Source of the DNA: Burkholderiaceae bacterium
GTDB taxonomy: Bacteria > Pseudomonadota > Gammaproteobacteria > Burkholderiales > Burkholderiaceae_C
Length of the DNA: 64,000 nt
Assembly: GCA_919902775.1 (NCBI GenBank)
Contig: CAKKRJ010000012.1
Span: 81,728-145,727 of the forward strand
Direction: 5' to 3'
Positions 51,329-63,720 of this stretch are shown here, in pieces (position 1 is the stretch's first letter; every line of letters begins with the position of its first letter). Under the pieces are notes generated by a model that made no database searches, was not told the origin of the DNA, and saw only the letters and a program-made list of their open reading frames with translations. The translations under genes were made by a program, and so were the position numbers.

Positions 51329-52117
51329 TCAAGCCGCGTCTTCAGATTCCTGCGGTGCCTGCGTGTGCTTGATGAACACTTGTGCCGCCCAGATGCCCAA
51401 TTCATAGAGCAAGCACATCGGGACGGCCAGCGCCAACTGAGACACCACATCGGGTGGGGTCACCACAGCGGCGATCACAAAGGCCAGCACCACAAAGTAA
51501 CCCCGGAACTCCTTGAGTTTTTCCACACTGACGACCCCCATGCGGGCCAGCACCACCACCGCCACGGGCACCTCGAACGCCAAACCAAAGGCCAGGAACA
51601 TGGTCAGCACAAAGCTCAAATACGCTTCGATGTCGGGTGCCGCCGTGATGCTTTTGGGGGCAAAGCTCTGGATGAAACTGAACACTTGGCCAAAGACAAA
51701 GAAATAACAAAACGCCACACCGATGAAAAACAGCACCGTGCTGGACACCACCAGGGGCATGACCAGTTTCTTTTCATGGGCATACAGACCCGGTGCGATG
51801 AAGGCCCAGACCTGGTAAAGCACCACGGGCAAGGCGATCAAGAACGCCGCCATCATCAAGATCTTGAGCGGCACCATGAAAGGTGAGATCACCGAAGTAG
51901 CGATCAGGGTCGCACCTTTGGGCAAGTGGACAATCAAGGGCGCGGCGAGGATGTCGTACAGCTCTCCGGGGCCCGGGTAAAGAGCCAAGGCAACGGCTGC
52001 GATCGCCACCGCTGCCACCGCCCAGAGCAAGCGGTCACGCAATTCAATCAGGTGCGCCACGAACGGCTGCTCGGAACCGGCAAGTTCGTCTTCAGGCTTA
52101 GGATGGGAGTCGGACAT
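51329..52117 (-). CDS. tatC: Twin-arginine translocase TatC
   Basis: HLIELRDRL, APGLYAHEK, TPPD. Confidence 0.96.
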   Translation of the reverse strand: MSDSHPKPEDELAGSEQPFVAHLIELRDRLLWAVAAVAIAAVALALYPGPGELYDILAAPLIVHLPKGATLIATSVISPFMVPLKILMMAAFLIALPVVLYQVWAFIAPGLYAHEKKLVMPLVVSSTVLFFIGVAFCYFFVFGQVFSFIQSFAPKSITAAPDIEAYLSFVLTMFLAFGLAFEVPVAVVVLARMGVVSVEKLKEFRGYFVVLAFVIAAVVTPPDVVSQLALAVPMCLLYELGIWAAQVFIKHTQAPQESEDAA

Positions 52118-52159
52118 GGCGAAGTGGTTTGGAAGGCACGCACCCAAGGTGCGAAGCCA

Positions 52160-52627
52160 TCACAGGGAATGGAGGGACTTGGGGCGGTAACGTGCCACGC
52201 GCGCAGCGCCAGAAAGTGCCTTGGTGCGCACACCCGCACGGGCCTTGTACCACTGCGGCACAGCCCCACGCTTGAGGCGCCAATTCTTGTCCGGATTTTT
52301 GTAGCTGGGCGGTGGTGCTTCGAGTTCGGGCAAATCGTGGGTCAGGCCCGATGTGGTGTCTGACCAGTCTTTCTCAAAATCGGAGGCGGTGGTCTGAACC
52401 GTTTGTTCCACATCGCGCGCCGCCGACTCCATCGACTCTTTCATCTTTTTGAGCTCTTCCAGGTCCATGGACCGGTTGACCTCGGCCTTGACATCGGCCA
52501 CATAGCGCTGCGCCTTGCCCAGCAAAGTACCCAGCGTGCGGGCGACCTTGGGCAGCTTTTCGGGGCCGATGACGATCAACGCCACGACGCCGATCAGCGC
52601 CATTTTGGAAATTCCTAAATCAAGCAC
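52160..52627 (-). CDS. tatB: TatB
   Basis: [11 protein letters not shown]. Confidence 0.94.
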   Translation of the reverse strand: MLDLGISKMALIGVVALIVIGPEKLPKVARTLGTLLGKAQRYVADVKAEVNRSMDLEELKKMKESMESAARDVEQTVQTTASDFEKDWSDTTSGLTHDLPELEAPPPSYKNPDKNWRLKRGAVPQWYKARAGVRTKALSGAARVARYRPKSLHSL

Positions 52628-52653
52628 AGTGAAGCGTTCGGTCGTTCAAACCA

Positions 52654-52893
52654 TCAAGACTTGGTCTTGGCTTCCACATCGATGGTGGTTTTTTCAGCCT
52701 GCGCCGAGGAAGCCACTTGGCCTGCGACAGGCGCAGCCTCGTCAGACTTGGTGCCACCGTCTTTCATGCCGTCTTTGAAGCCTTTGACAGCGCCACCCAG
52801 ATCGGAGCCCATGTTTTTGAGCTTTTTGGTGCCAAACACCATGACCACGATCAACAGAACGATCAGCCAGTGCCAAATGGAAAAGGAACCCAT
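52654..52893 (-). CDS. tatA: TatA
   Basis: [14 protein letters not shown]. Confidence 0.96.
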   Translation of the reverse strand: MGSFSIWHWLIVLLIVVMVFGTKKLKNMGSDLGGAVKGFKDGMKDGGTKSDEAAPVAGQVASSAQAEKTTIDVEAKTKS

Positions 52894-53003
52894 GAATATC
52901 TCCTAACGTAAGTGCTGGATTCTAAAGGGAGACATCCCCCGAAACCGATCTGCCTTGCTCCAGCAAGGAATTGAGGGCCTGCCCGCTTGTTTTCAAGCCG
53001 GGT

Positions 53004-53360
53004 TCAACCCTTGAGCCAAGGGCGTGGACCGCCCATGACATGCATGTGCAAGTGGTGCACTTCCTGCCCACCTTCTGCCCCGTTGTTGACCAGGATGCGG
53101 AAACCGCCCTCGGGGTAAGGTTTGCACCCCTCTTGCAAGGCCAGTTGGGGAGCCAGGGTCATCATGTGGCCCATCAGCCCGGCATGCTCGGGTGCCAGTT
53201 GCGCCATCGACGGGATGTGCAGTTTGGGAATGATCAGGAAATGGACCGGCGCCCAGGGGGCGATGTCATGGAAGACGAACACATGCTCGTCTTCATGTAC
53301 CTTGCGCGAAGGGATTTGGCCCGCGATGATTTTGCAAAAAATACAGTTGGCGTCGGTCAT
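53004..53360 (-). CDS. hinT: HIT family nucleotide-binding protein
   Basis: CIFCKI, HLHMH triad. Confidence 0.92.
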   Translation of the reverse strand: MTDANCIFCKIIAGQIPSRKVHEDEHVFVFHDIAPWAPVHFLIIPKLHIPSMAQLAPEHAGLMGHMMTLAPQLALQEGCKPYPEGGFRILVNNGAEGGQEVHHLHMHVMGGPRPWLKG

Positions 53361-53389
53361 TCAAAACTCGTCTTCAAAGTCAACAGGGG

Positions 53390-53752
53390 TCAGTCGGTCA
53401 CGGGGCGCTGCCCGTTCAAGCGCACCATGCCCAGCACGATGCGGTACAAAAACCAGATGGAAATACCCACCCAGGCCAGCCAGCCCGGGAACACAAAGAA
53501 AAACCACAGAGGCAAAGTCACCAGGTAGAGCAGCGCCGCCCAGAGCACCGTTCGGATGCGGAAACTGAAATGCGTGGCCTCCCACCCGGTGGCATCGCCC
53601 TTTTTCACCAGATCGATGACCAGCGCCACCACCAGCAAAGCCGGGCCGATTTGCGCCCCCGGAACGATGGCACTGACCGCCACGATCAAATGCAGGATGT
53701 AGCTGACCCAGCTGACGGTGTGGGTGCTGTCGTCGATGGGCTGCTCGGTCAT
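53390..53752 (-). CDS. DUF4870-like membrane protein
   Basis: Three TM helices; HFSFRIRT, WFLYRIVLG. Confidence 0.75.
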   Translation of the reverse strand: MTEQPIDDSTHTVSWVSYILHLIVAVSAIVPGAQIGPALLVVALVIDLVKKGDATGWEATHFSFRIRTVLWAALLYLVTLPLWFFFVFPGWLAWVGISIWFLYRIVLGMVRLNGQRPVTD

Positions 53753-53755
53753 GGC

Positions 53756-54148
53756 TTATTCTCCCAGGCGTTCGCGCTCTTGCACTTTGCGCAAGGCTTT
53801 TTCTTCCAGCCCACTCAGGCCTTCACGGCGGGCCAGTTCGTTGACCACGTCGGCGGGCGTCAATCCGTAGTGCGCCAGCGCGATCATGCTGTGAAACCAC
53901 AGATCGGCCACTTCATAAACCAGCTTGGCTGCATCGCCGCCGTGGTCCACGTCTTTGGCGGCCATCACGGTTTCGGTGGCTTCTTCACCGATCTTCTTCA
54001 AAAAGGCATCTGGGCCTTTGTGCAGCAAGCGCGCCACGTAGCTTTTTTCGGGGTCGCCGCCGTTGGCCACTTTGCGGCTTTCGATGACAGCGGCCAGTCG
54101 CGCCAAGGTGTCGTCTGAGGACATGGCCTGGGTATCGGGAGTGCGCAT
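53756..54148 (-). CDS. hisE: Phosphoribosyl-ATP diphosphatase
   Basis: [17 protein letters not shown]. Confidence 0.95.
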   Translation of the reverse strand: MRTPDTQAMSSDDTLARLAAVIESRKVANGGDPEKSYVARLLHKGPDAFLKKIGEEATETVMAAKDVDHGGDAAKLVYEVADLWFHSMIALAHYGLTPADVVNELARREGLSGLEEKALRKVQERERLGE

Positions 54149-54153
54149 GGCGT

Positions 54154-54543
54154 TCACTTGTAAATGGTTTCAGGGTCCTTCAGGACCGGGTCGGTGGCTT
54201 GCCAGCCATCCTGTTGCAGGCTTTGGAAAAAGCAACTGTGGCGGCCCGTGTGGCAAGCAATGCCTGGCTCGTGCCCCAACTGGGTGATTTTGAGCAGCAC
54301 CACATCGTTGTCGCAATCGGTGCGGATGTCGTGCACCGTCTGCACATGCCCGGACTCTTCGCCCTTGAACCACAGCTTGTTACGTGAACGGCTGAAATAC
54401 ACCGCACGCTTAAGCTCGGCCGTTTTTTGCAGCGCCTCGCGGTTCATCCAGGCGAACATCAACACATCGCCAGTGTCTTTTTCCTGGGCGATGACCGGCA
54501 CCAAGCCTTTGTCGTCCCATTTGATTTGATCGAGCCAGTTCAT
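54154..54543 (-). CDS. hisI: Phosphoribosyl-AMP cyclohydrolase
   Basis: [23 protein letters not shown]. Confidence 0.96.
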   Translation of the reverse strand: MNWLDQIKWDDKGLVPVIAQEKDTGDVLMFAWMNREALQKTAELKRAVYFSRSRNKLWFKGEESGHVQTVHDIRTDCDNDVVLLKITQLGHEPGIACHTGRHSCFFQSLQQDGWQATDPVLKDPETIYK

Positions 54544-54738
54544 AGGGGGTGATCTTAAAGCAAGCGTTCATCGTATGGCGGCACTTGCTGCCCTGCTTGG
54601 CGTGACGGACAAGGTGCAAGTCATATGCCTTGGCTGATGCAACTTGTTATTCCCCTATCAGGACGATGCTGTCGCTCTTTGTGATAACTGGAACATTGCC
54701 GAAGGACAACTTGCAGCCTCACATTCATGCTGAGCAGG

Positions 54739-55233
54739 CTACCAAAACTCCATGGTTCTCAGTGGCAAGCGCACCAGCGCTGGAAACCCCAGGTCTCTGT
54801 CATTGGCGTACTGCTGATTCAATACGGTGGGAAAGACCACCTTTCCGTGAAGTTCCGAGGGATGAAGCCAGGCAGCTTCCGTAATGTGCTCAGCAGCAGC
54901 TTCGGGGTGCGACGTACTGATTGAGCCACCAACGAGCTGCGCAGCGAACCAAAACTTCACGAACCTGCATTCAGGATTGATCAAATCCTCTACGTAGAGC
55001 AGCGAACCGACACTGACCGAGAGGCCTGTTTCCTCCCACACCTCGCGGGCTGCGGCTTCTTCGTAGCTTTCGCTGCCCTTGACCCCGCCACCGGGTGCGA
55101 CCCAAAAGTCGTACTTTCCAGGCACCACGTGCCTGACCATGAGCAGGCGACCTTCGTGCTCGACGATGGCTCCCGCAGAAATGCGATGGCGTTGCAATTG
55201 ATGGGCCCTGTCGTTCAGTTCAGTTGCAGTCAA
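54739..55233 (-). CDS. NUDIX hydrolase inserted in his operon
   Basis: PGGGVKGSESYEEAAAREVWEETG; start uncertain. Confidence 0.85.
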   Translation of the reverse strand: MTATELNDRAHQLQRHRISAGAIVEHEGRLLMVRHVVPGKYDFWVAPGGGVKGSESYEEAAAREVWEETGLSVSVGSLLYVEDLINPECRFVKFWFAAQLVGGSISTSHPEAAAEHITEAAWLHPSELHGKVVFPTVLNQQYANDRDLGFPALVRLPLRTMEFW

Positions 55234-55341
55234 TGGATTGACATGTTTGGGTCAAAATAAAATGTAGGCCCAAACACCGCAAGCCTTGGGCTGCCTGCAC
55301 TGGCAGCACCAGCCTGATCGGCCTGAGCCCCTTTGGCACCA

Positions 55342-56142
55342 TCAAAGCCGCACCGGAATCCCCCGCTCCCGCATCCGTTCTTTGGCCTGCTGCACCGTGT
55401 ATTCGCCGTAGTGAAAGATGCTGGCGGCCAGCACCGCGTCGGCACCGCCAAGGCTGACGCCGTCGGCCAGATGGTCGAGGTTGCCCACCCCGCCCGAGGC
55501 GATCACGGGCACGCTGACGGCGTCGCTCACGGCGCGGGTCAGTTGCAGGTCAAAACCGCTTTTGGTGCCGTCGCGGTCCATGCTGGTCAGCAGGATTTCG
55601 CCCGCGCCGTATTCGGCCATTTGCATGGCCCAGGCCACGGCGTCCAGGCCCACGTTTTTGCGGCCGCCGTGGCTGTACACGTCCCAGCCCGGGCCCATGG
55701 GCAAACCATGGGTGCCAATGCGCTGCTCGTCCTCTGCGGTGCGGCGCTTGGCGTCGATGGCGACCACGATGCACTGCGCGCCGTATTTGGCCGAGGCTTC
55801 GCGGATGACTTGCGGGTTGGCAATGGCTGCCGAGTTGAAGCTGGTTTTGTCAGCCCCGGCGTTGAGCAGGCGGCGCACGTCTTCGACGGTGCGCACACCG
55901 CCGCCCACGGTGAGCGGGATGAACACTTGGCTGGCCACCGCTTCGATGATGTGCAGGATCACATCGCGGCCGTCGCTGGTGGCGGTGATGTCAAGGAACG
56001 TCAACTCGTCCGCCCCCTGATCGTTGTAACGCGCGGCGATTTCCACCGGGTCACCGGCATCGCGCAGTTCGACAAAGTTGACGCCCTTGACCACGCGACC
56101 ACCGGTCACGTCAAGGCAGGGAATGATGCGTTTGGCCAGCAT
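55342..56142 (-). CDS. hisF: Imidazole glycerol phosphate synthase cyclase
   Basis: [24 protein letters not shown]. Confidence 0.97.
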   Translation of the reverse strand: MLAKRIIPCLDVTGGRVVKGVNFVELRDAGDPVEIAARYNDQGADELTFLDITATSDGRDVILHIIEAVASQVFIPLTVGGGVRTVEDVRRLLNAGADKTSFNSAAIANPQVIREASAKYGAQCIVVAIDAKRRTAEDEQRIGTHGLPMGPGWDVYSHGGRKNVGLDAVAWAMQMAEYGAGEILLTSMDRDGTKSGFDLQLTRAVSDAVSVPVIASGGVGNLDHLADGVSLGGADAVLAASIFHYGEYTVQQAKERMRERGIPVRL

Positions 56143-56212
56143 GGGAGATTGGCTTTCGGTTGGGATCAATGTCGTCACTGCCTGCGCAGCGCAGATAAAA
56201 CGGGCATGAACT

Positions 56213-57061
56213 TCACACCACGGACAGGCGCTGTGCACCCTGCCAAAAATCGCCCGGCTCGATGCAGACCGGTTCATAAACTTGCGCCGCCTCGACGCAC
56301 AGCATGTGTTGCCAGCCATCAAGGGGCATGTCGGCAAGTGACGCGCATTTGGCTGCACCCGGGTTCCAGACCACGGTCTGTGCCCAGTCCATGTCTTGCG
56401 CAATCGACAAGGTGGATGGGCCGTCTTGCAGTTCGTAGCCCAGCGGGGCGGCAGAGTAAACACGGTCAAACTCGCCAACAAAGCGCAACTCAGGCGCCGC
56501 CGAACCATGCCGGTCCTTGACCGCGTCCCATTCGGCTTGGCCGCCCAGGCCCAACAAACGGGCTTGCGCCACATCGTTGACGGCGAAATATGTGTGCAGC
56601 GCGCCGGTGAAACTGAGCGGCTGGCTGTCGGTGTTGCGCACTGCCAATTCGACCTGCAATGCACCGGGCGTCAATTCAATCAACAGCAACGCTTCGAAGG
56701 CTTGGTCCCACCACTGGCGCGTGGCGGCACTGTCGCTCAAAGCCAGCACCAGATGGGCCTTGTCGCTCTCCAGGCGTGCAGGTTTCACGGTCCACGAGAG
56801 ATTGCGCGCAAAACCGTGCTTAGGCAAATCGCCACGCTGATTGAATTGGGGAAAACACACCGGGATGCCCCCGCGGATGGCGGCATGACCGTCGTTCAGG
56901 CTTTGCGGACTCAGGTAAAGACGTTCACGGCCAGCGGCCACCCAAGACAACACATGGGCACCATGGTGTGCGACCACCACACGGTCACCACCGGACAACT
57001 GCAACTCGGTTGCAGGCCAACCTGCAAATACAAGCTCGCGGCAGGTGGCCTCGTTGCGCAT
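56213..57061 (-). CDS. D-hexose-6-phosphate mutarotase (YeaD-like)
   Basis: [35 protein letters not shown]. Confidence 0.9.
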   Translation of the reverse strand: MRNEATCRELVFAGWPATELQLSGGDRVVVAHHGAHVLSWVAAGRERLYLSPQSLNDGHAAIRGGIPVCFPQFNQRGDLPKHGFARNLSWTVKPARLESDKAHLVLALSDSAATRQWWDQAFEALLLIELTPGALQVELAVRNTDSQPLSFTGALHTYFAVNDVAQARLLGLGGQAEWDAVKDRHGSAAPELRFVGEFDRVYSAAPLGYELQDGPSTLSIAQDMDWAQTVVWNPGAAKCASLADMPLDGWQHMLCVEAAQVYEPVCIEPGDFWQGAQRLSVV

Positions 57062-57063
57062 GT

Positions 57064-57804
57064 TCAGCCGTTCAGCTCGTCGGCGCGTTGTTGGGCCCGC
57101 GCGAAATCCAGGTCGCCGGAATAGACGGCACGCCCACAGATCACACCTTCCACGCCTTCAGCTTCGACAGCACACAACTGCTCGATGTCGGCCATGTTGG
57201 ACAGGCCGCCCGAGGCGATCACAGGAATCGTCAGGGCTTGGGCCAGCTTGACGGTGGCATCCACGTTGATGCCACTCAACATGCCGTCACGGCCAATGTC
57301 GGTGTAAATGATGGACTCGACACCCCAGTCTTCGAATTTCTTAGCCAGATCGACCACTTCGTGACCCGTGAGCTTGCTCCAGCCGTCCGTGGCCACCTTG
57401 CCGTCTTTGGCATCCAGCCCCACGATGATGTGGCCACCAAATGCGGTGCAGGCGTCTTTCAAAAAGCCGGGGTTCTTGACGGCTGCGGTGCCAATGATGA
57501 CGTAGCGCAAGCCGCTGTCGATGTATTTTTCAATGGTGTCCAGATCGCGGATCCCCCCGCCCAGCTGCACCGGTATGTCGTCGCCCACGGCTTTCAGAAT
57601 CGACTTGATGGCACCAAAGTTTTGCGGCTTGCCTGCGAATGCACCGTTCAGATCCACCAGGTGCAGACGACGTGCGCCTTTTTCGAGCCAGGCGCGGGCC
57701 ATGGCTGCGGGGTCTTCCCCGAAGGTCGTGGCTTGGTCCATATCGCCCTGTTTGAGGCGAACGCAGTGGCCGTCTTTGAGGTCAATGGCAGGAATCAGAA
57801 TCAT
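57064..57804 (-). CDS. hisA: ProFAR isomerase
   Basis: [24 protein letters not shown]. Confidence 0.97.
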   Translation of the reverse strand: MILIPAIDLKDGHCVRLKQGDMDQATTFGEDPAAMARAWLEKGARRLHLVDLNGAFAGKPQNFGAIKSILKAVGDDIPVQLGGGIRDLDTIEKYIDSGLRYVIIGTAAVKNPGFLKDACTAFGGHIIVGLDAKDGKVATDGWSKLTGHEVVDLAKKFEDWGVESIIYTDIGRDGMLSGINVDATVKLAQALTIPVIASGGLSNMADIEQLCAVEAEGVEGVICGRAVYSGDLDFARAQQRADELNG

Positions 57805-57849
57805 GGCGAGTTAAATGCAGGTGGAAGAAAAAACGGCAGTGAAAACCAC

Positions 57850-58506
57850 TCAAGGCTGCCAGTGGAGGAAATTGCGGAACAAAGCCAGCCCCTGGGCCGC
57901 GCTTTTTTCGGGGTGAAACTGGGTGGCAAAAATGTTGTCACGGGCGATGGCGCAGGCAAAGCGGCCACCGTAATCGGTTTCGGCCGCACTGTGCGCCGGG
58001 TGGGTGACCTGCGCATAAAAGCTGTGCACAAAATAATACCAGCTGCCATCGGCAATGCCGTTCCACAGCGGGTGCGCGGGCGGGCCCTGCCAAACCTGGT
58101 TCCAGCCCATTTGCGGCACTTTGTAGCGGGTGCCATCGGGCTGGATTTGCCCTGCCAGTTCAAACTTGACGACGCGCCCGGGAATCAGGCCCAGGCCCGG
58201 CGTATCGCCTTCATCGCTGTGGTCCAGCAGCATCTGCATGCCCACGCACACGCCAAACAGGGGTTTGCTGGCCGCGGCTTCAAGCACAGCGTCCAGCAAA
58301 CCCGACTCACGCAACTCGCGCATGCAATCGGGCATGGCGCCCTGACCTGGCAACACCACGCGGTGCGCATCGCGCACCACTTGCGGGTCAGACGTGACCG
58401 TCACTTCTGCATGGTCCACCGCAGAGGCGGCATGCATCACCGCCTGCGCCACAGAGCGCAGGTTGCCCATGCCGTAATCGACGACAGCAACGCGGTTGAC
58501 GCTCAT
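57850..58506 (-). CDS. hisH: Imidazole glycerol phosphate synthase glutaminase
   Basis: DYGMGNL, GVCVGMQ, QFHPEKS. Confidence 0.97.
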   Translation of the reverse strand: MSVNRVAVVDYGMGNLRSVAQAVMHAASAVDHAEVTVTSDPQVVRDAHRVVLPGQGAMPDCMRELRESGLLDAVLEAAASKPLFGVCVGMQMLLDHSDEGDTPGLGLIPGRVVKFELAGQIQPDGTRYKVPQMGWNQVWQGPPAHPLWNGIADGSWYYFVHSFYAQVTHPAHSAAETDYGGRFACAIARDNIFATQFHPEKSAAQGLALFRNFLHWQP

Positions 58507-58507
58507 G

Positions 58508-59098
58508 TCAGAGTGACCCCTTCGTAGAGGGAATCACACCCACCGAGCGCGGATCGATCTCAAGCGCGGCACGCACGGCACGGGCAAAGGCCTTGAAAAT
58601 GGTCTCGCACTGGTGGTGCGCATTGACGCCCTTCAGGTTATCGATGTGCAGCGTGACCAGCGCGTGGTTCACGAAGCCCTGGAAAAACTCGAACACCAAT
58701 TGGGTATCGAGCGTGCCCAAAGAACCCGAGGTGAAGGCCACATCCATGTGCAAACCAGGGCGGCCTGAAAAGTCCACCACCACGCGGCTCAAGGCTTCGT
58801 CCAGCGGCACATAGGCGTGACCGTAACGGCGAATGCCTTTTTTGTCCCCGATGGCTTGTGCAAACGCCTGGCCCAAAGTGATGCCAATGTCTTCCACCGT
58901 GTGGTGACCGTCGATGTGCAGATCCCCCTCGCAGTGGATGTCCAGATCCATCAGCCCATGGCGCGCAATCTGGTCCAGCATGTGGTCCAGAAAACCAATG
59001 CCCGAGGCCAGCTTGGACTGGCCTGACCCGTCCAGGTTGATGGCCACGCGAATGTGCGTCTCAGCCGTCTTGCGGGTGACTACAGCAGTGCGGTTCAT
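58508..59098 (-). CDS. hisB: Imidazoleglycerol-phosphate dehydratase
   Basis: [20 protein letters not shown]. Confidence 0.97.
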   Translation of the reverse strand: MNRTAVVTRKTAETHIRVAINLDGSGQSKLASGIGFLDHMLDQIARHGLMDLDIHCEGDLHIDGHHTVEDIGITLGQAFAQAIGDKKGIRRYGHAYVPLDEALSRVVVDFSGRPGLHMDVAFTSGSLGTLDTQLVFEFFQGFVNHALVTLHIDNLKGVNAHHQCETIFKAFARAVRAALEIDPRSVGVIPSTKGSL

Positions 59099-60180
59099 AA
59101 AGAGGCTTTCAAAGCAGCGAGGAGTTGGTCGTTTTCTGTGGCCGTGCCAACGGTCAGGCGCAGACAGTTGGACAGCAATGGGTGCATTTTAGAAACGTTC
59201 TTGACGAGCACACCACGCGCTTTCAGACCATCGAAGGTTTTGGCGGCATCGGGCACCCGCGCCAGGATCATGTTGGCTTCGCTGGGAAACGGCGTCACAC
59301 CGGGCAAAGCGGCCAGTTCATGCTGCAGTTGGGTGCGCTGTTCGCGCAGGTCTTTGGCCTGTGCGGCAAACACCTCAGCGTGTTCCAGGGCAAACAACGC
59401 GCACTCGTAATTGAGCACGCTGATGTTGTAGGGCGGGCGCACCTTGTCGATTTCGGCCACCAGGGCTTGGGGCCCCACCATGTAACCCAGCCGCACCCCA
59501 GCCAGGCCAAACTTGCTGAGCGTGCGCATCAACAGCACATGCGCGTGGCGCGCGATGCGGTCGATGTAGCTGCGGCTGGCAAAGGGCTGGTAGGCCTCAT
59601 CCATGACCACCAGGCCGCCTTGAGCGCCCTGGGCTTCAATGATGTGCTCGATCACCGTGTCATTCCACAAGTTGCCCGTGGGGTTGTTCGGGTAAGCCAG
59701 GTACACGATGGACGGCCGGTGTTCGGCAATGGCGGCCAACATGGCCGCTTCATCCAGTTCGAAATCGGCCGTGAGCGGCACGCCGTGAAAGGCCAGACCT
59801 TGCAGCTGGGCGCTCATGGCGTACATCACGAAGCCCGGCAAAGGGGCCAGGATGGAAGCGCCAGGCACATCGCACGCCATGGCCAGGAGCGAAATCAACT
59901 CGTCCGAGCCATTGCCCAACATGATGTCAAAGCCTTCGGGCATGCCAGCGTATTGAGCCAGGGCAGCGCGCAGGTCATTCACACGGCCATCGGGGTAGCG
60001 GTTGAGCGCCAAAGCGCCCAAGCGTTCGCCCAAGGCTTTTTGCAAATCAGCCGACAGACGGTGCGGGTTTTCCATCGCGTCAAGTTTGACCATGCCGGCC
60101 GACTCTTGAATGGCGTAAGCGTGCATGGACTGCACGTCTTGGCGGATGCGTTGCTTGAGTTGGGGGCTGACTTGGCTCAT
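59095..60180 (-). CDS. hisC: Histidinol-phosphate aminotransferase
   Basis: GNGSDE, PNNPTG, DEAY, RTLSK. Confidence 0.96.
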   Translation of the reverse strand: MSQVSPQLKQRIRQDVQSMHAYAIQESAGMVKLDAMENPHRLSADLQKALGERLGALALNRYPDGRVNDLRAALAQYAGMPEGFDIMLGNGSDELISLLAMACDVPGASILAPLPGFVMYAMSAQLQGLAFHGVPLTADFELDEAAMLAAIAEHRPSIVYLAYPNNPTGNLWNDTVIEHIIEAQGAQGGLVVMDEAYQPFASRSYIDRIARHAHVLLMRTLSKFGLAGVRLGYMVGPQALVAEIDKVRPPYNISVLNYECALFALEHAEVFAAQAKDLREQRTQLQHELAALPGVTPFPSEANMILARVPDAAKTFDGLKARGVLVKNVSKMHPLLSNCLRLTVGTATENDQLLAALKASL

Positions 60181-61529
60181 TTCGTGTCTCGCATCGGGGG
60201 CACAGGGTTCAAACGCAATTCGGCGGCGCGGGCGTGGGCTTGCAGGCCTTCGCCATAGGCCAGCTCGGCGGCGATGCGGCCCAGTGACTGGGCACCGGCC
60301 TCGCTGACTTCAATCAGGCTCGAGCGCTTTTGAAAGTCATAGACCCCCAAAGGCGACGAAAAACGCGCTGTACCACTGGTGGGCAACACATGGTTGGGGC
60401 CTGCACAGTAGTCACCCAGGCTTTCGCTGGTGAAAGCCCCCAGGAAAATGGCACCGGCGTGGCGCAGCAAGGGCTCCCAGCGGTGCGGGTCGCGGCTGGA
60501 GACTTCCAGGTGCTCGGGCGCGATGCGGTTGCTGATGGCACAGGCTTCTTCCATATCGCGCGTCAAGATCAGGGCCCCCCGGTCGTTCAGGCTTTTGGCG
60601 ATGATCTCGCGCCGTGGCATCTCGGGCAGCAGCCGGTCGATCGCGGCCTGCACCTGGGCGATGTAAGCCGCATCAGGACACAGCAAAATGCTTTGCGCCA
60701 GTTCATCGTGCTCGGCCTGGCTGAACAAATCCATCGCCACCCATTCGGCGGGGGTGCTGCCATCGGCCAACACCAAAATTTCACTGGGACCGGCGATCAT
60801 GTCGATGCCCACGGTGCCAAACACGCGCTTCTTGGCGCTGGCCACATAGGCGTTGCCTGGGCCGGTGATCTTGTCCACCTTGGGGATGGTGGCCGTGCCA
60901 TAGGCCAGCGCAGCCACAGCCTGCGCACCGCCCACAGTGAAAGCACGGCTCACGCCCGCCACACAAGCGGCGGCCAGCACCAGCGGGTTGCGCACGCCAT
61001 TCGGCGTGGGCACGACCATGATGATGTCTTGCACCCCCGCCACATGGGCAGGCAATGCATTCATCAAAACAGACGAGGGGTAAGCGGCTTTGCCACCCGG
61101 CACGTAAATGCCCACGCGGTCGAGCGGCGTGACTTTTTGTCCCAGCAAGGTGCCGTCTTCGTCGCGGTACGACCAGCTCTCACCCGAGGCTCTCTTTTGC
61201 GCTTCGTGGTACTTGCGCACACGGCTGGCTGCCGCTTGCAAGGCATCACGCTGGGCTGCGGGCAGGCTGTCCAAAGCGGCTTGCAACTCGGCCTGGGTGA
61301 TCTCCAGCGCGGTCATATCCGCCGCTTGCACGCCATCAAAGCGCTGGGTGTACTCCAGCACCGCCGCATCGCCGCGTGTTTGCACATCGGCCAGGATGTC
61401 GGCCACACGCTGCTCGATGGCGGCGTCGGTGTCGGCAGACCAATGCAGGCGGGCCGCGAAGGCCGCTTCAAAACCGGCATCGGCCGTGTTCAGTTGCAAT
61501 GGTTTGGCTTGCAGGCCCATAGATTCCAT
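60177..61529 (-). CDS. hisD: Histidinol dehydrogenase
   Basis: [29 protein letters not shown]. Confidence 0.97.
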   Translation of the reverse strand: MESMGLQAKPLQLNTADAGFEAAFAARLHWSADTDAAIEQRVADILADVQTRGDAAVLEYTQRFDGVQAADMTALEITQAELQAALDSLPAAQRDALQAAASRVRKYHEAQKRASGESWSYRDEDGTLLGQKVTPLDRVGIYVPGGKAAYPSSVLMNALPAHVAGVQDIIMVVPTPNGVRNPLVLAAACVAGVSRAFTVGGAQAVAALAYGTATIPKVDKITGPGNAYVASAKKRVFGTVGIDMIAGPSEILVLADGSTPAEWVAMDLFSQAEHDELAQSILLCPDAAYIAQVQAAIDRLLPEMPRREIIAKSLNDRGALILTRDMEEACAISNRIAPEHLEVSSRDPHRWEPLLRHAGAIFLGAFTSESLGDYCAGPNHVLPTSGTARFSSPLGVYDFQKRSSLIEVSEAGAQSLGRIAAELAYGEGLQAHARAAELRLNPVPPMRDTK

Positions 61530-61534
61530 GTCTT

Positions 61535-62176
61535 TCAGTCTTTTTTCACAGCACCGGCAAAGGCGTCGATGATGGCGCGAATGGGTGCTTGCTTCAATTT
61601 GAGCGCGGCCTGGTTCACGACCAAACGCGAGCTGATGTCCATGATGCGCTCGACCTCGACCAGGTGGTTGGCCTTGAGCGTGCTGCCCGTGGACACCAAG
61701 TCCACGATGGCATCGGCCAAGCCGGTCAGCGGCGCCAACTCCATGCTGCCGTAGAGCTTGATCAGGTCCACATGCACACCCTTGGTAGCGAAAAAGTCGC
61801 GCGCGATGGATGTGTATTTGGTCGCCACCTTCAGACGGGCACCGGTGCGCACCTGTGCTGCGTAGTCGTAGTCGGCACGCACCGCCACGCTCATGCGGCA
61901 TTTGGCGATGTTCAGATCCAGTGGCTGGTACAGGCCCTGGCCACCGTGCTCGATCAGGGTGTCCAGCCCTGTCACGCCCAGATCGGCACCCCCATATTCC
62001 ACATAAGTGGGGACATCCGTGGCACGCACCAGCACCACACGCACACCCGACTGGTTGGTCGGCAGGATCAGCTTGCGGGATTTTTCGGGGTCTTCCAGCA
62101 CCTCGATGCCTGCGGCCAGGAGCAGCGGCAGGGTTTCGTCAAAGATGCGTCCTTTGGACAGGGCCAACGTGATCAT
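61535..62176 (-). CDS. hisG: ATP phosphoribosyltransferase, short form
   Basis: [26 protein letters not shown]; 213 aa. Confidence 0.97.
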   Translation of the reverse strand: MITLALSKGRIFDETLPLLLAAGIEVLEDPEKSRKLILPTNQSGVRVVLVRATDVPTYVEYGGADLGVTGLDTLIEHGGQGLYQPLDLNIAKCRMSVAVRADYDYAAQVRTGARLKVATKYTSIARDFFATKGVHVDLIKLYGSMELAPLTGLADAIVDLVSTGSTLKANHLVEVERIMDISSRLVVNQAALKLKQAPIRAIIDAFAGAVKKD

Positions 62177-63438
62177 TTCACTCTTTCGATGTCAGCGCCC
62201 ACGGCGCGGAGTTTGGCTTCCATGCGGTCGTAGCCGCGATCCAGGTGGTAGATGCGATCGACCATGGTTTCGCCTTCGGCCACGAGCCCGGCAATCACCA
62301 GGCTGGCCGATGCACGCAGGTCGGTGGCCATGACGATGGCACCCGAGAGCTTGTCCACGCCCTCGATCACCGCCACCTTGCCATCGATCTGGATGTGCGC
62401 ACCCAGGCGCACCAGTTCGTTGACGTGCATGAAGCGGTTTTCAAAAATGGTTTCGGTCACCTTGCTGGCCCCCTGCGAGATGCAGTTGAGCGCCATGAAC
62501 TGGGCCTGCATGTCGGTTGGGAACCCGGGGTATTCAGTGGTGCGAAAGCTCTGCGCCTTCAGGCGCCCATCGGATTTGACGCGGATGAACCCCTCGCCCG
62601 CTTCGATGATGGCACCGGCATCGCGCAACTTTTCAATCACGACTTCCAGATGGTCGGCTCGGCCATGGCGCAAAACTACGTCACCCCCTGTCGCGGCCAC
62701 CGCGCACAGGAAAGTGCCCGCCTCGATGCGGTCGGCCACCACCTGGTGCTGGCAACCGTGCAGGCGTTCCACCCCTTGGATGCGGATGCGGCGTGTGCCG
62801 TGGCCTTCGATCTGGGCACCCATGCGGATGAGCATTTCGGCCAGATCCGGAATTTCGGGTTCTTGCGCCGCGTTCTCCAGCACTGTTTCGCCTTCGGCCA
62901 GTGTGGCCGCCATCAGAAAGTTTTCGGTGCCCGTCACGGTCACCATGTCGGTGGTGATGTGCGCGCCCTTCAGGCGCGTGCGGCCTGCGGGCAGGCTGGC
63001 CAGCATGTAGCCGTGCTCCACCGAGATCTCGGCCCCCATGGCTTGCAAGCCCTTGATGTGCTGATCCACCGGGCGCGAACCGATGGCACAACCACCCGGC
63101 AGCGACACTTTGGCGTGGCCAAACCGCGCCAACAAAGGCCCCAGAGCCAGCACCGAGGCACGCATGGTCTTCACCAATTCGTAGGGCGCTTCAGGGTTGT
63201 TCAGCCCCCCCGCATCCAGCGTGACACGCCCGTCTTCGTGGTGCTCTGCCGTCACGCCCATGTTGCGAATCAGCTTGAGCATAGTCGAGACGTCTTGCAG
63301 ACGCGGCACATTGGCCAGCGTGACGGGCTCGGCGCTCAACAACGCTGCGCACAACTCGGGCAGGGCCGCATTTTTGGCGCCCGACACGTCGAGCGTGCCT
63401 TGCAGGCGCTTGCCGCCGCGAATTTTCAGTTTGTCCAT
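62173..63438 (-). CDS. murA: UDP-N-acetylglucosamine 1-carboxyvinyltransferase
   Basis: [33 protein letters not shown]. Confidence 0.98.
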   Translation of the reverse strand: MDKLKIRGGKRLQGTLDVSGAKNAALPELCAALLSAEPVTLANVPRLQDVSTMLKLIRNMGVTAEHHEDGRVTLDAGGLNNPEAPYELVKTMRASVLALGPLLARFGHAKVSLPGGCAIGSRPVDQHIKGLQAMGAEISVEHGYMLASLPAGRTRLKGAHITTDMVTVTGTENFLMAATLAEGETVLENAAQEPEIPDLAEMLIRMGAQIEGHGTRRIRIQGVERLHGCQHQVVADRIEAGTFLCAVAATGGDVVLRHGRADHLEVVIEKLRDAGAIIEAGEGFIRVKSDGRLKAQSFRTTEYPGFPTDMQAQFMALNCISQGASKVTETIFENRFMHVNELVRLGAHIQIDGKVAVIEGVDKLSGAIVMATDLRASASLVIAGLVAEGETMVDRIYHLDRGYDRMEAKLRAVGADIERVK

Positions 63439-63472
63439 GGTCAGATCGGTGTGCTTGAGAGCGGGGTGACGT

Positions 63473-63715
63473 TCAATTCGATTGCGCTGCCCATTCGGCA
63501 GGCGTGTAGGTCTTCATTGACAAGGCGTGCACCTCGTCGGTATGCATTTTTTGGCCCAGCGTGGCGTACACGCGCTGGTGCCGGGCAATGGGGCGCATGC
63601 CGGCAAAGGCTTCGGACACGACCACCGCGCTCCAGTGGCGGCCATCGCCGTCCACTTCGAGGTGGGTGCATGCCAGCCCTGCCTCGATGATGGCGTGAAG
63701 TTGTTCTGCGTTCAT
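63473..63715 (-). CDS. BolA/IbaG family protein
   Basis: GDGRHW, RHQRVY, HALSM. Confidence 0.92.
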   Translation of the reverse strand: MNAEQLHAIIEAGLACTHLEVDGDGRHWSAVVVSEAFAGMRPIARHQRVYATLGQKMHTDEVHALSMKTYTPAEWAAQSN

Positions 63716-63720
63716 GGGGT

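Noticed and set aside
54600-54738. Possible attC site making the NUDIX gene an integron cassette
   Set aside because: No RYYYAAC...GTTRRRY pair with internal dyad symmetry found and no integron integrase
55342-56664. 440-aa ORF suggesting an N-terminally extended HisF
   Set aside because: The extension overlaps the mutarotase gene in another frame; true start is MLAKRIIP at 56142
60177-61901. 574-aa ORF suggesting a HisG-HisD fusion
   Set aside because: The extension is an alternate frame over hisG; HisD starts near 61529
61535-62176. Short HisG lacking the C-terminal regulatory domain
   Set aside because: Normal HisZ-dependent short form in Betaproteobacteria
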